Positions 15,108 through 24,361 of a stretch of DNA of 32,000 bases are shown here, piece after piece. The DNA comes from Candidatus Omnitrophota bacterium (GTDB taxonomy: Bacteria; Omnitrophota; Gorgyraeia; 2-01-FULL-45-10): positions 1 through 32,000 of the forward strand of contig JAMWCX010000003.1 of assembly GCA_023818895.1 (NCBI GenBank), given 5' to 3'. The notes below the pieces were generated by a model. The model made no database searches, was not told where the DNA came from, and saw only the letters and a program-made list of their open reading frames with translations. Position 1 is the first letter of the stretch. The number at the start of each line of letters is the position of its first letter. Position numbers and translations under genes: made by a program.

Positions 15108-16600
15108 TTCAAAGCCTCGAAAACTACATCGGTATAACTTATGCCTCTAACAAGGGAGGCGACCGCGCCATCCATGAAGACGTTTCCCACAACCGGAATA
15201 AGGATAAAGGCGGCAAGCGCCACCAACACCGTCAGGGCAACCATGGGCGCGTTCATTGTAAAAAGACTCTTAGCCTTAATCTGCTTCGAGGTTGTAACAT
15301 TACCGAATAATACAGGAGTATATGATTTAAAATAATAGGCAAGCGTCAGGATGCTCACCACTACAGCCGTCAGCGCGAGAATAGGGCGTCCAGCCTGTAT
15401 ACAGGCAAGTATGATGATAAACTTAGACCAGAAACCGCCAAGCGGAGGCACGCCGCATATCGAAAGGGCGCCGACAAGACCAGTGTAAGCGGTAAGAGGC
15501 GCTTTGTCAAGGATACCGGCTATCTTACCCATATCTCTTGTGCCGGCAACACGCTCTATAGAACCTGAATTTAAAAACAGAAGCGATTTAAAAAGACTGT
15601 GGTTGAAAAGATGAAAAAGCGCTCCGAAGATAGCGAGGGGGGTTCCCACACCGAGACCTAAAGCTACATAGCCTATCTGGCTAACAGTCGAGTACGCGAG
15701 CATCCTCTTTATATCTGACTGGACAAACGCTAACATGCTACCTACAATCATCGAAAGAACTGCAAGAGTCAATATCATAAACGATATGACAGGCGTGATG
15801 CCAAAGACATTAAAGAATATGCGCGCGATAGCATACATGCCAAGCACTTTTATAACAACGCCGGAAAGCATTGCCGATACCGGCGCTGGCGCAGAAGAGT
15901 GAGCATAGGCAAGCCACGCGTGGAACGGCGCGAGGGCGGCCTTGAGACCGAATCCCATCAAGAATAGAACGCTCGCTAAAAGAAGCGCCCCTGATGGTCC
16001 TTTGGAAGCCAAGACACTAGCCATGTCGGCCATGTTTAGAGTAGAGCTATAACCGTAGAGGAACGCGATGCCAAGGAATATGAAACACGATGCAACGGTT
16101 CCCATAACCGCGTATTTGAATGAAGCCTCGAGTTCTTCGGCGGTGGTACCAAATGCCACCAAAGCATACGCCGCTATAGCCGCTATCTCCATAAATATAT
16201 ATAGGTTGAACACGTCACCGGACACCAGGACGCCGTTTATCCCTGCAAGCAGAAGAAGAAAAAGCGCGTAGAATTTCCATTTATCCGTGTATTTTTTCAT
16301 ATAGCCGGTTGAATAAAAAAGCGCGGCGAGCGCTATTAAATTTACCGTAACAAGCATGAACGCCGCGAGCCCATCTATCACAATGGACACACCGAAAGGT
16401 GGAACCCAGCCGCCAACCTTATATACAATGGCGCCAGAAGAACCGGCGCCAGATAATACCGTTATGGCAAATAGCGAAAGCGTAAGCGTCGCGAGGGCCG
16501 CCAGGCACGCTATACAATCCTGAATGCGCTCGTCAAGATTGGCAATCATCGCCACCACAAATGCGGAGGCAAGTGGTATCGCTATGAATGATATTTCCAT
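15104..16600 (-). CDS. mrpD: Antiporter-like subunit MrpD/NuoN/MbhH family
   Basis: This 498-aa polytopic protein has proton-pumping-subunit motifs (FHAWLAYAHSSAPAPVSAMLSGVVIK, AYSTVSQIGY, HLFNHSLFKSLLFL). Confidence 0.85.
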   Translation of the reverse strand: MEISFIAIPLASAFVVAMIANLDERIQDCIACLAALATLTLSLFAITVLSGAGSSGAIVYKVGGWVPPFGVSIVIDGLAAFMLVTVNLIALAALFYSTGYMKKYTDKWKFYALFLLLLAGINGVLVSGDVFNLYIFMEIAAIAAYALVAFGTTAEELEASFKYAVMGTVASCFIFLGIAFLYGYSSTLNMADMASVLASKGPSGALLLASVLFLMGFGLKAALAPFHAWLAYAHSSAPAPVSAMLSGVVIKVLGMYAIARIFFNVFGITPVISFMILTLAVLSMIVGSMLAFVQSDIKRMLAYSTVSQIGYVALGLGVGTPLAIFGALFHLFNHSLFKSLLFLNSGSIERVAGTRDMGKIAGILDKAPLTAYTGLVGALSICGVPPLGGFWSKFIIILACIQAGRPILALTAVVVSILTLAYYFKSYTPVLFGNVTTSKQIKAKSLFTMNAPMVALTVLVALAAFILIPVVGNVFMDGAVASLVRGISYTDVVFEALK

Positions 16601-16602
16601 AT

Positions 16603-16941
16603 TTAACCTTTAAGCTTCGTTATCTTTGTTATATCGAACGTCCCGTATCGCTCATAGATCCGTATCGCTATCGCTACCAACAGAAGCGTAACCGAAAGAC
16701 CGAGCACAATACCCGTAAGAACGACCGATTGCGTAAGCGGATCGACCATGCTCTTTATCTCCTGGTCAATGGCATATATTGGCGAGCGACCGTGTGTTCG
16801 GTACCCCAGAAGCACAAAGAACAGATTTGCCGCGTACTCCATAATACCTATACCTATTATTATCTTTATGACATTGCGTTTTCTCAGTATACAGTAAAGG
16901 CCTACGGAAAAGAGAACCAGGCACAGCATATATGATATCAT
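16603..16941 (-). CDS. mrpC: MrpC/NuoK-like subunit (MbhG-like)
   Basis: It is a three-TM NuoK-like protein. I moved the start to the ATG at 16941 (MISYMLCLVLF...). That ATG has a GAGGGG RBS and lies 4 nt after the upstream stop. The track ORF's 23-aa extension overlaps mrpB. Confidence 0.75.
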   Translation of the reverse strand: MISYMLCLVLFSVGLYCILRKRNVIKIIIGIGIMEYAANLFFVLLGYRTHGRSPIYAIDQEIKSMVDPLTQSVVLTGIVLGLSVTLLLVAIAIRIYERYGTFDITKITKLKG

Positions 16942-16945
16942 AGCT

Positions 16946-17368
16946 TCATTTCCCCTCTTCGGCGTCTCTGTCCTTTTTGGAGAGAAGAACGAGCGCCACG
17001 AATATAGCAAAAAGCGCGGAGGCAGTTATCACCGCCTGGCAAATAGGTATTATTATCTCGGACACCAAACCCCTGCAACGAAAACCTAACACCACTATAG
17101 TCAGGAAGACTAAAGTCGACAGGCCTAAAATGACACGAAGGCCTGATGCATGCAACCTATTAAGCGCCGCCTCCTTACCAAAAGCGAGCATGACATGGAC
17201 AAGGGAAAGCGCCACTATAACGCCCCCCGCGAAACCGCCACCCGGCTCTACATGTCCGCTTACCGCTATATATATGCCGTAAAGGAGTATGAAACCAAGG
17301 GTAATCCTAGTAACCGTCTTTATTATCAACGTCATGCCCCTGTCCTCGGTGTTACCCATACGCTTCAT
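16946..17368 (-). CDS. mrpB: MrpB/MnhB-domain subunit (MbhF-like)
   Basis: It carries GHVEPGGGFAGGVIVAL, the MnhB-domain signature. An ATGA overlap links it to the upstream gene. Confidence 0.75.
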   Translation of the reverse strand: MKRMGNTEDRGMTLIIKTVTRITLGFILLYGIYIAVSGHVEPGGGFAGGVIVALSLVHVMLAFGKEAALNRLHASGLRVILGLSTLVFLTIVVLGFRCRGLVSEIIIPICQAVITASALFAIFVALVLLSKKDRDAEEGK

Positions 17369-17886
17369 TCCTTCCTGCGCGCCGATTTGCGGGCTATCGC
17401 GAGCACGCCTATTACAGCCGCGAATATGGCTGTCGCTTCGCCCAGCGTGTCGATGGCCCGGAAATTAATCGCTATCGCTTCCACAATGTTAAGGCTCCCT
17501 GTCAGCGGAAAGGCCTCTTCAAGATAAGTTCTCAACACCCTCATCTCTGGGCTACCGAACTGATGCACTGTCTTAAGCGCGATATAGGCCGCAAAAAGGA
17601 ATACGGCCAAGAATATCACGGTCGATGTGGTATTGAAAACCCAGCGCCCTGATACGCTAAAAGGTACGTCTTTTCTTATGGTAGCGCGTATGAGGATGAT
17701 GAGACTCAGGATTTCAACCACAAGCTGCATTATAGCGAGATCCGGAGCCTTCAGAACAAGAAATGCCATACAAAGTCCTATACCTACGCCACCGACGGCG
17801 ATAATGCTCGAAAGTAGGTCTTTCACTTCTACGGCAATTACCGCCGCCGCTATCATGAATAGAAGTATAAGATGTATCTCTATCAT
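17365..17886 (-). CDS. MrpA-C-terminal-like subunit (DUF4040/MbhD fused to an MbhE-like segment)
   Basis: The N-terminal half contains LKAPDLAIMQLVVEILSLIILIRA (MbhD/DUF4040-like). The C-terminal half contains NIVEAIAINFRAIDTLGEATAIFAAVIGV (MnhB-N/MbhE-like). Confidence 0.65.
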   Translation of the reverse strand: MIEIHLILLFMIAAAVIAVEVKDLLSSIIAVGGVGIGLCMAFLVLKAPDLAIMQLVVEILSLIILIRATIRKDVPFSVSGRWVFNTTSTVIFLAVFLFAAYIALKTVHQFGSPEMRVLRTYLEEAFPLTGSLNIVEAIAINFRAIDTLGEATAIFAAVIGVLAIARKSARRKE

Positions 17887-17890
17887 GCTT

Positions 17891-19699
17891 TTACCTTAAA
17901 AAAAGGAACAAAAACATCCCCACCATACCCAAGAGACACCATACCAGATATGTCGGCAACACACCGTTATGCAGGAACTTAAGAAAATCCGCCAGCGCGT
18001 ATACTGGCTTCCTGCCCAGATTGTATACGTCCATAGCTCCTTTTTCCTCCCGGGCATAGATACCTTTCAGCAGAGGTATTTCCTTTATTGTATTATAAAA
18101 ATCGGCTCCTGATATCCGGGGCAATGCCCGGGCGTCTTCTCCACCTATAAAAGACTCAACCGTCCGCAATCTTTTCGGAGCCATCACCGCGTATACTAGA
18201 AGGCCGATCAGTACGCCGACGGCCATGATGGAGGTGGCAAGAGTCGGATTCCAGGTTCCCAGATAAGAGGGACTAAGGGCGGTCGCTGGCATTATGAAAA
18301 GCGGAAGGGCTATCTTGAAAGCGAGTATGCCGAATATAAAACAAGCGGCCGCAAGCACGCAAATCGGCAATATCATCGAGAAGGATGCCTCTCTAACGTT
18401 CTTGAGGTTCTCGGAAGGACGGCCCAGGAATACCGCGTGAAGAAGCTTCATGAAGCTGGCGATGGTAAGCGCGCTTCCGAACATAGCAGCGACAAGCCAG
18501 ACGACCCAAAGATAGTCCTTTGAGGCGCTCGACTCTATTATGCCCTGATATATCATCCACTTGGACACAAATCCATTGAATGGAGGTATGCCGGATATGG
18601 AAAGCGATGCCACGAGAAATGATATAAAGGTGATCGGCATGTACTTCGCGAGTCCTCCGAGGTTGTCGAGGTCTTGCGTGAGGGCCTTTTTTTCCACGGA
18701 ACCGGCTGAAAGGAAAAGGCATGATTTATATATCGCGTGGTTCAGCATGTGGAAAAGCCCTCCGGCTATGCCTGTGGGGTTTCCGGTCCCTATGCCGAGC
18801 ACCATGTAACCGACCTGCGAGACCGCGTGATATCCCAGAAGCCTCTTAAGGTCATGCTGTATCAGGGCTATCACGACCGCAAGCACTATCGTCACCGCGC
18901 CGACTATTATGAGGACGGCATTGGTTATATGGTTTGCCACAAAAAGATCCAGCGATATCCTCGCAAGAAGGTATATCCCCAGAAGTTTATCCACTGAGGC
19001 AGGCAGGTATGCGGTAACGGACGCCGGCCCGTCCTCCGCCACATCAGGAAGCCATGAATGGAATGGCATCGCTCCCGCTTTGGCAAAACTCGCGATAACA
19101 AGCGAAAAGTATGCGGCGTAGGAGAAGGCGCCGGCAAGCTGCAGATGAACCTTGTCCATAGCAAAAGTTCCTGTAAGCGCCCATATTATTCCTATGCCAA
19201 ATATCATTATCGCGTCAGTGCCACCGATTATTATAATGGCTTTTTTCGCCGCCGCCGCCGCCTTCGGCGTTCCGTCCATCGCTACCATGAGATAAAGAAG
19301 CGCGGCGAGCATCCCCCAGAATACCAGCATTATGACTAGGTCATTTGCGAATAAAACACCTATCGATGAACCGAGCGTCATCAGCAGGTACCCGAAATAT
19401 CTGCCGAATGATTTGTCGATGTATGAGAAGGAATAAACTGTTATCAGTAGGGCAAAAAACGTTACCGCTAAGGCTATAAATGCCGAGAGGTTATCCGCAA
19501 GCAGGATAACCGACGAGCCATATTGCGAAAGTGATGGTTTATGCATGAATACAAATAACGATGCCGCGAAAGACGCCAGAGTTATTGCAAAGGCTACGAC
19601 CTTTGGCACAGCCCGCAGGCGGTCTGTAATGCCCAGACATAAGAAACCGGCCGCGATCGGGACAACTATCAGCATCAAAAGAGGATCTATATTATTCAT
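17891..19699 (-). CDS. Antiporter-like subunit NuoL/HycC/EchA family
   Basis: This 602-aa polytopic protein has FHSWLPDVAEDGPASVTAYL, GYHAVSQVGYMVLGIG and HMLNHAIYKSCLFL. It overlaps the large-subunit gene by 4 nt. Confidence 0.8.
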   Translation of the reverse strand: MNNIDPLLMLIVVPIAAGFLCLGITDRLRAVPKVVAFAITLASFAASLFVFMHKPSLSQYGSSVILLADNLSAFIALAVTFFALLITVYSFSYIDKSFGRYFGYLLMTLGSSIGVLFANDLVIMLVFWGMLAALLYLMVAMDGTPKAAAAAKKAIIIIGGTDAIMIFGIGIIWALTGTFAMDKVHLQLAGAFSYAAYFSLVIASFAKAGAMPFHSWLPDVAEDGPASVTAYLPASVDKLLGIYLLARISLDLFVANHITNAVLIIVGAVTIVLAVVIALIQHDLKRLLGYHAVSQVGYMVLGIGTGNPTGIAGGLFHMLNHAIYKSCLFLSAGSVEKKALTQDLDNLGGLAKYMPITFISFLVASLSISGIPPFNGFVSKWMIYQGIIESSASKDYLWVVWLVAAMFGSALTIASFMKLLHAVFLGRPSENLKNVREASFSMILPICVLAAACFIFGILAFKIALPLFIMPATALSPSYLGTWNPTLATSIMAVGVLIGLLVYAVMAPKRLRTVESFIGGEDARALPRISGADFYNTIKEIPLLKGIYAREEKGAMDVYNLGRKPVYALADFLKFLHNGVLPTYLVWCLLGMVGMFLFLFLR

Positions 19700-20886
19700 T
19701 GTTTCATCCTGAATCTTTCCCTTATTCGGGCGGTCTTCTCCTGCGAAAGTCTTACCAATTCCTGCGCCCTGAAAAGCTCTTTATTGGAATCATCCACGAC
19801 TATCATGCGCTCCGTACAGCAATAACAGGGATCTATAGCGGCCAGTATTATTGTGGCATCCGATACCGTCTCTCCTATAACCGTCTCCCTAAATGTCGGA
19901 AAGTTCATATAAGTCGGGGCCCGTATCTTGTGCCGAACCGGTGAATTTGTCCCATCGCTCTTGACGTAATGGAAAACCTCCCCCCTCGGCGCCTCAGCAA
20001 CTCCTATGCCCTCCCCTGGGGGTATCTCTTTGGGTTTTGAGTCTATAGGGCCATCTGGCAACCGGTCTAGGCACTGCCTGATTATGCGTGCGGATTCGTA
20101 CATCTCAAGTATCCTCACCACCGCCTTAGCGAAGACATCGCCTTTTTCTTGCGTAATTACGTTCCATTTGACCTTGTCGTACACACCGTAGGGATGGTCG
20201 CGCCTGACGTCAATATCATATCCGGAGGCCCTCGCCGTTGGGCCGAGCGCCGAGTATTCGATAGCCGCCTCTTTGGTCAATATGCCAATACCCTCAAGAC
20301 GAGTGTGAAGCACCGGATCGTCAAGCACAGCGCCTTTCAATATATCAAGCTGCTTTAAAAATTCGTCTAACCGAGTCAATATATAGGAGACATGTTCTTT
20401 CTCTATATCGCGCCGTACGCCACCTACTTTGTGCATGGCATAGTTCTGGCGATTACCGGTCACCATCTCCATGATATCGCATATCGGTTCCCTGTATTTC
20501 CATCCCCACATAAATACAGTGTTGTAACCAAGGAAGTGGCCCGCAAGACCGAGCCAGAGCATATGGGAATGGATTCTTTCGAGTTCTTGTGTTATTGTCC
20601 GTATATACAACGCTCTCTCCGGTACCTCTATGCCGGCAAGATCCTCTATGGCCTGAACGCAAGCTATCGGATGGCTTGATGAGCAAATGCCGCATATGCG
20701 TTCCACTATGAATATCGATTGGTCGAAACTTTTGGACTCAGATATCTTTTCTATGCCGCGGTGGTTGTATCCTATTCTGACATCCACATCCACGACGGTC
20801 TCGCCGTCAACAACCAGCTTCCAAAACTCGGGCTCTTCCTGGAGAGGATGATACGGCCCAATTGGTATCACAGGCTTAGCTTTCAT
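19696..20886 (-). CDS. Group-4 [NiFe]-hydrogenase large (catalytic) subunit, NuoD-like
   Basis: Both Ni-binding Cys pairs are present: N-terminal ERICGICSSSH (C65/C68) and C-terminal DPCYCCTER (C354/C357). A 36-aa C-terminal extension follows (MIVVDD...RFRMKQ) of the kind removed by HycI-type proteases. Confidence 0.9.
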   Translation of the reverse strand: MKAKPVIPIGPYHPLQEEPEFWKLVVDGETVVDVDVRIGYNHRGIEKISESKSFDQSIFIVERICGICSSSHPIACVQAIEDLAGIEVPERALYIRTITQELERIHSHMLWLGLAGHFLGYNTVFMWGWKYREPICDIMEMVTGNRQNYAMHKVGGVRRDIEKEHVSYILTRLDEFLKQLDILKGAVLDDPVLHTRLEGIGILTKEAAIEYSALGPTARASGYDIDVRRDHPYGVYDKVKWNVITQEKGDVFAKAVVRILEMYESARIIRQCLDRLPDGPIDSKPKEIPPGEGIGVAEAPRGEVFHYVKSDGTNSPVRHKIRAPTYMNFPTFRETVIGETVSDATIILAAIDPCYCCTERMIVVDDSNKELFRAQELVRLSQEKTARIRERFRMKQ

Positions 20887-21350
20887 GCTTTCCTCGAGTC
20901 TCTCTTAGGCACCACGAAATTCTTTCTTAATGGGTAGACCCCTTTTGGCCAATCATCCGGTAAAAGAAGCGGCCGCAGGTCCTCGTTCCCATCAAACTCC
21001 ACCCCAAAAAGCTCGTGTATTTCGCGCTCAATCCACCAGGCCGCTTTTGTCACAGTCGTTATTGTATCTATATGGGGATTGTCTTTATCCTTCAGTATTA
21101 CCCTTATCGTCACTATCACCCCTGAGGCATCATAAGCGAAGTGGTATAGTATCTCTATTCCGTCAAAATCATCTACGGCGCTGGCTATGTTAAAGCGCAT
21201 GCCCAGTTCCTTAAAAAGATATTTTGCCACATCAACGATATCTTTCGGATATATATCAATATATGCGCGCTTGGACGATTTGATCTCGGATTTAAGAATC
21301 CTGTCACCGTAACGATCGTTTATCTTCTTGACTATAGCGTCTATCGTCAT
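20883..21350 (-). CDS. NuoC/MbhK-like 30-kDa-type hydrogenase subunit
   Basis: At 155 aa, its size, position and ending (WWIEREIHELFGVEFDGNEDLRPLLLPDDWP) are typical of NuoC/HycE-N. Confidence 0.75.
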   Translation of the reverse strand: MTIDAIVKKINDRYGDRILKSEIKSSKRAYIDIYPKDIVDVAKYLFKELGMRFNIASAVDDFDGIEILYHFAYDASGVIVTIRVILKDKDNPHIDTITTVTKAAWWIEREIHELFGVEFDGNEDLRPLLLPDDWPKGVYPLRKNFVVPKRDSRKA

Positions 21351-21393
21351 TGCTGCCCTTTGTCCTATACTATTCGCGAATTTTCTTTAGTTT

Positions 21394-21825
21394 CTATTTG
21401 CCCTTCTTCGCTCGTATCTTACCTATAAGTTTAACCAGCGCCCCGATCGTCGCTTCCGGCTTTGGGGGACATCCCGGTATATACGCATCCACCGGTATAA
21501 TTTCATCAAGCGGCTCGCCAGTATTGTAGCTATCTTTAAAAAGCCCTCGCGATGAACCGCAGGCACCGTAAGCTATGACAAAAGCGGGTTTTGGCATCTG
21601 TTCGTATAGCTTCTTGATTCGCGGGATGGTAAGCCTGTTGGCCGATCCTGTGCATAGCAAAACATCCGCATGTTTGATGCTACCGACCAGTACTATCCCG
21701 AATCGCTCCAGATCAAAACGCGGCGTCAGGCAATCAAGTATCTCTATATCGCAGTTATTGCAGCTGCCGCTTGACAAATGAAATACGTATATCGATTTTG
21801 TAAGTATCTTCTCTTTAAATCCCAT
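21394..21825 (-). CDS. Group-4 [NiFe]-hydrogenase small subunit, NuoB-like (HycG/MbhJ/EchC)
   Basis: Four Cys for the proximal [4Fe-4S] sit in the family context: SGSCNNCDIE, YGACGSS and IPGCPPKPE. Confidence 0.9.
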   Translation of the reverse strand: MGFKEKILTKSIYVFHLSSGSCNNCDIEILDCLTPRFDLERFGIVLVGSIKHADVLLCTGSANRLTIPRIKKLYEQMPKPAFVIAYGACGSSRGLFKDSYNTGEPLDEIIPVDAYIPGCPPKPEATIGALVKLIGKIRAKKGK

Positions 21826-21828
21826 TGG

Positions 21829-22767
21829 CTAATACCCCAGATAAGCAAAAATAACCGATATCACCGCAAGCAAGGTAATCACAGTCCAAAAAAACCTCAG
21901 CGCCTGGTCAATTCTCACTCTTGGATTCGTATTCTTTATCACTATCATCAGAATGAGGATAAAAAGATAAGAAAGAATAGTCTTTACGATGCCCGCTGCG
22001 GAAAATGCCAGTCCTCCAAAATACAATGTTACCAATAAAATCGGCACTACAAACATCAGTATTGACTTGGTAAGTTTTAATATAGCCAGCGCCTTGCCTG
22101 AATATTCTATATACGGCCCCGCGATAATCTCGGTCTCCGCCTCCGGGATGTCAAAAGGTATGAATCCGAGTTTGGCCTGCACACACAAAAGCATAGCAAA
22201 AAACGAGATGGCTCCGGAGAAACTTGCTATCAGGGTCCCGTTTGACTGCTGATATAATATGATCTCTCCCAGCCTGATTGCCGACCCAGACTTCATTATC
22301 GGAACTGCGAGCGCTAGTATAAACGGTAGTTCGTACGATAGCATGAGTTTCATCTCGCGCGAAGCGCCAAGTGAGGCAAAAGAATTCCCTGATGAAAAAG
22401 CACCTATTATAAGCGATAACGGCGGAATTAAAAGAAGATATACCACAACGATCAAGTCGCCGATGAAACCGCTATGTGGCTTAACATTTGAGACCAGTAC
22501 CAACGTCGATACCAAGGTTGCCGCAGCAAGTCCTACAATGGGCATACCAAGGAAAATTATCTTTGGCGCACCGTGAGGTACCAGCGTCTCCTTGTAAAGG
22601 GCAAGTTTAATAAAATCCACAAAGTTCTGGTACCATGGTGGTCCAGCCCGCCACTGAAGGCGAGCGGTCAGCTTCCTATCGATCCACCCCACAAACAACC
22701 CCATGGTAGCCGAGAAGAGAAGGCCTGGAAAAACCAGAAATAAGAATAGTTGTTCAGCTATTTTCAT
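21829..22767 (-). CDS. NuoH/HycD/MbhM-like membrane subunit
   Basis: It is a polytopic protein containing RKLTARLQWRAGPPW and PFDIPEAETEI, both NuoH-family motifs. I prefer the ATG at 22767 (MKIAEQLFLF...) over the track's TTG at 22815. Confidence 0.8.
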   Translation of the reverse strand: MKIAEQLFLFLVFPGLLFSATMGLFVGWIDRKLTARLQWRAGPPWYQNFVDFIKLALYKETLVPHGAPKIIFLGMPIVGLAAATLVSTLVLVSNVKPHSGFIGDLIVVVYLLLIPPLSLIIGAFSSGNSFASLGASREMKLMLSYELPFILALAVPIMKSGSAIRLGEIILYQQSNGTLIASFSGAISFFAMLLCVQAKLGFIPFDIPEAETEIIAGPYIEYSGKALAILKLTKSILMFVVPILLVTLYFGGLAFSAAGIVKTILSYLFILILMIVIKNTNPRVRIDQALRFFWTVITLLAVISVIFAYLGY

Positions 22768-22810
22768 ATGAAGCGATCCCGATATTAGACATTGCGGCGT
22801 TAAACGGCAT

Positions 22811-22857
22811 ATCAAAATTAAATTTTTTTGAATCTCGGATTCTTATTTTGATTTTTG
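22811..22857 (-). repeat. Intergenic repeat copy 1 (three collinear A/T-rich blocks)
   Basis: The plus-strand blocks are ATCAAAATTAAAT (22811-22823), TTTTGAATCTC (22826-22836) and TGATTTTTG (22849-22857). The same three blocks recur in the same order at 24286-24358. Confidence 0.3.
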
Positions 22858-22874
22858 GTTCTATATTTCGTGTT

Positions 22875-23378
22875 CTATTTTCTCTTCGAGATTTCAGGCA
22901 CCCTCTCCCACCTATAGGATGTCTTCACCAGCAGATGCTCTGATACACTAAATATATTTTCTTCTTTCTTTTCTTCAAATTCTCCGTATTGTATACCGCC
23001 CGCCGCGCAAGATTCCAGGCATATTGGCGACTCCTCTTCTCTTAGGCGGCCGAGACAGAAGTCACAGCGCGCTATTACGAAAGGTATAGTCTCTGGATAA
23101 ATGACGCCGAAAGGACATGCCCTAGAACAGGATTTACAAGAGGTACAGCGCATCATGTAACGCTTTAGCATGTTAGTGTCTTTTTGAAGCTCGATAGCCT
23201 CCCATGGGCAGGAGGCAACGCAAGGCGCGTCATCGCATCTGCGGCAATTAATAGCAAAGTGGGCAAACTCCCGCAGCGTATTTATCCCGTTATTCAACGG
23301 ATGCTGAATATAACTGCAGAGCATGCCGCAGTCATCGCATTTTGAGCATATATCGAGATCTATTAACAAACGTTTCAT
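22875..23378 (-). CDS. HycB/CooF-type four-cluster polyferredoxin (electron-transfer subunit)
   Basis: Four Cys groups are present: CSKCDDCGMLC, CRRCDDAPCVASCP, CTSCKSCSRACP and CDFCLGR...CLESCA. This pattern is typical of HycB/CooF/DmsB-type proteins. Confidence 0.8.
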   Translation of the reverse strand: MKRLLIDLDICSKCDDCGMLCSYIQHPLNNGINTLREFAHFAINCRRCDDAPCVASCPWEAIELQKDTNMLKRYMMRCTSCKSCSRACPFGVIYPETIPFVIARCDFCLGRLREEESPICLESCAAGGIQYGEFEEKKEENIFSVSEHLLVKTSYRWERVPEISKRK

Positions 23379-23454
23379 AGAATTCGAGTATTAAAAACGG
23401 TGATTTCTGTGCTTCGAGTTTCCGTTTTTATCCTTGTATTTTGACTTTTAACCT

Positions 23455-24276
23455 TTAATCCCATATGCCCGGCAGTTCCTTTATCTTATCGTATGTAAAA
23501 ACAGGCCCGTCCTTACAAGCATAATATGGTCCTATTCTGCAATGGCCGCACTTCCCCACCCCACAAGACATGTTCTTTTCCATCGAAAGATAAATATTAT
23601 GGTCCTTAAAACCCAGGTCGAGTAGTTTAAAGGTGGCGAACTTCATCATTACAGGAGGACCGCAGACGATCGTTACGGCGTTTTCCATATCAAGACCTTC
23701 GTCTTTGAGTATGGTGGTAACCAGTCCGACATTTCCTTTCCATGATGGGTCGCCGACATCACAGGTGATCGCGACATCAACATGCCCGGCCTTATCTCTC
23801 CAAGAATCTATCTCGTTCTTATACACTATGTCTGAGGGCGTCCTTGCTCCATATCTTAAAATTATTTTCTTATAGACATTCACGTCGTTGAATAGAGCGT
23901 ATAAAAGGGCGCGCAGTGGCGCCAGCCCTACGCCTCCACCTACGATATAAACCTCTTTACCCTTAAACTTCTCAAGCGGGTATTGGCTACCATAAGGACC
24001 CCGCAGACCAACAATATCACCGGGTTTTGCCTGATGAAGAAGCTTCGTAACTCTGCCAGCCGCCATTATGGTAAAATCGAGCGTCCCCTTGTGGTCGTGG
24101 TTAGAAGAGGGCGTAAACGGCGCCTCACCTATGCCGGGAAGCGTCAGATCCATAAACTGGCCGGCTCTGAAACCTATCTCCCCCTGCGGCCTTATAGTAA
24201 AGGTCTTTATCGTGGCTGTCTCGTTGGTTATGTTAAGTATCTCGGCCTTTATATACGCGTATGGGTTCTTCTTCAT
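23455..24276 (-). CDS. AsrB/HydG-type FAD + NAD(P)-binding + [2Fe-2S] oxidoreductase subunit
   Basis: It has a ferredoxin-reductase-type fold (RAGQFMDLTLPGIGEAPFTPSS; VYIVGGGVGLAPLRALL). The C-terminal CGVGKCGHCRIGPYYACKDGPVF is a [2Fe-2S] motif. At 273 aa it is close to the AsrB length I recall. Confidence 0.8.
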   Translation of the reverse strand: MKKNPYAYIKAEILNITNETATIKTFTIRPQGEIGFRAGQFMDLTLPGIGEAPFTPSSNHDHKGTLDFTIMAAGRVTKLLHQAKPGDIVGLRGPYGSQYPLEKFKGKEVYIVGGGVGLAPLRALLYALFNDVNVYKKIILRYGARTPSDIVYKNEIDSWRDKAGHVDVAITCDVGDPSWKGNVGLVTTILKDEGLDMENAVTIVCGPPVMMKFATFKLLDLGFKDHNIYLSMEKNMSCGVGKCGHCRIGPYYACKDGPVFTYDKIKELPGIWD

Positions 24277-24285
24277 AATCTAAAC

Positions 24286-24358
24286 ATCAAAAATTAAATA
24301 TAAAATTTAAACTTTTGAATCTCAGCTTTTTGTGTCAGTTTTTGAATTCTGATTTTTG
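24286..24358 (-). repeat. Intergenic repeat copy 2 (three collinear A/T-rich blocks)
   Basis: The plus-strand blocks are ATCAAAAATTAAAT (24286-24299), TTTTGAATCTC (24313-24323) and TGATTTTTG (24350-24358). Confidence 0.3.
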
Positions 24359-24361
24359 TTT

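Noticed and set aside
16942-17010. N-terminal extensions in the ORF track for mrpC (16942-17010), the nuoH-like gene (22768-22815, TTG) and hypE (27791-27883)
   Set aside because: The extensions overlap the upstream genes or the intergenic repeat and are not family-like. Internal ATGs give canonical N-termini and normal gene spacing.
18393-19339. Several 70-109-aa ORFs on both strands inside the NuoL-like gene, with similar ones inside mrpD, the large subunit, asrA-like (24484-24885), hypD and hypF
   Set aside because: They are shadow ORFs within strongly supported longer genes. Their translations are R/P/S-rich or otherwise non-protein-like.
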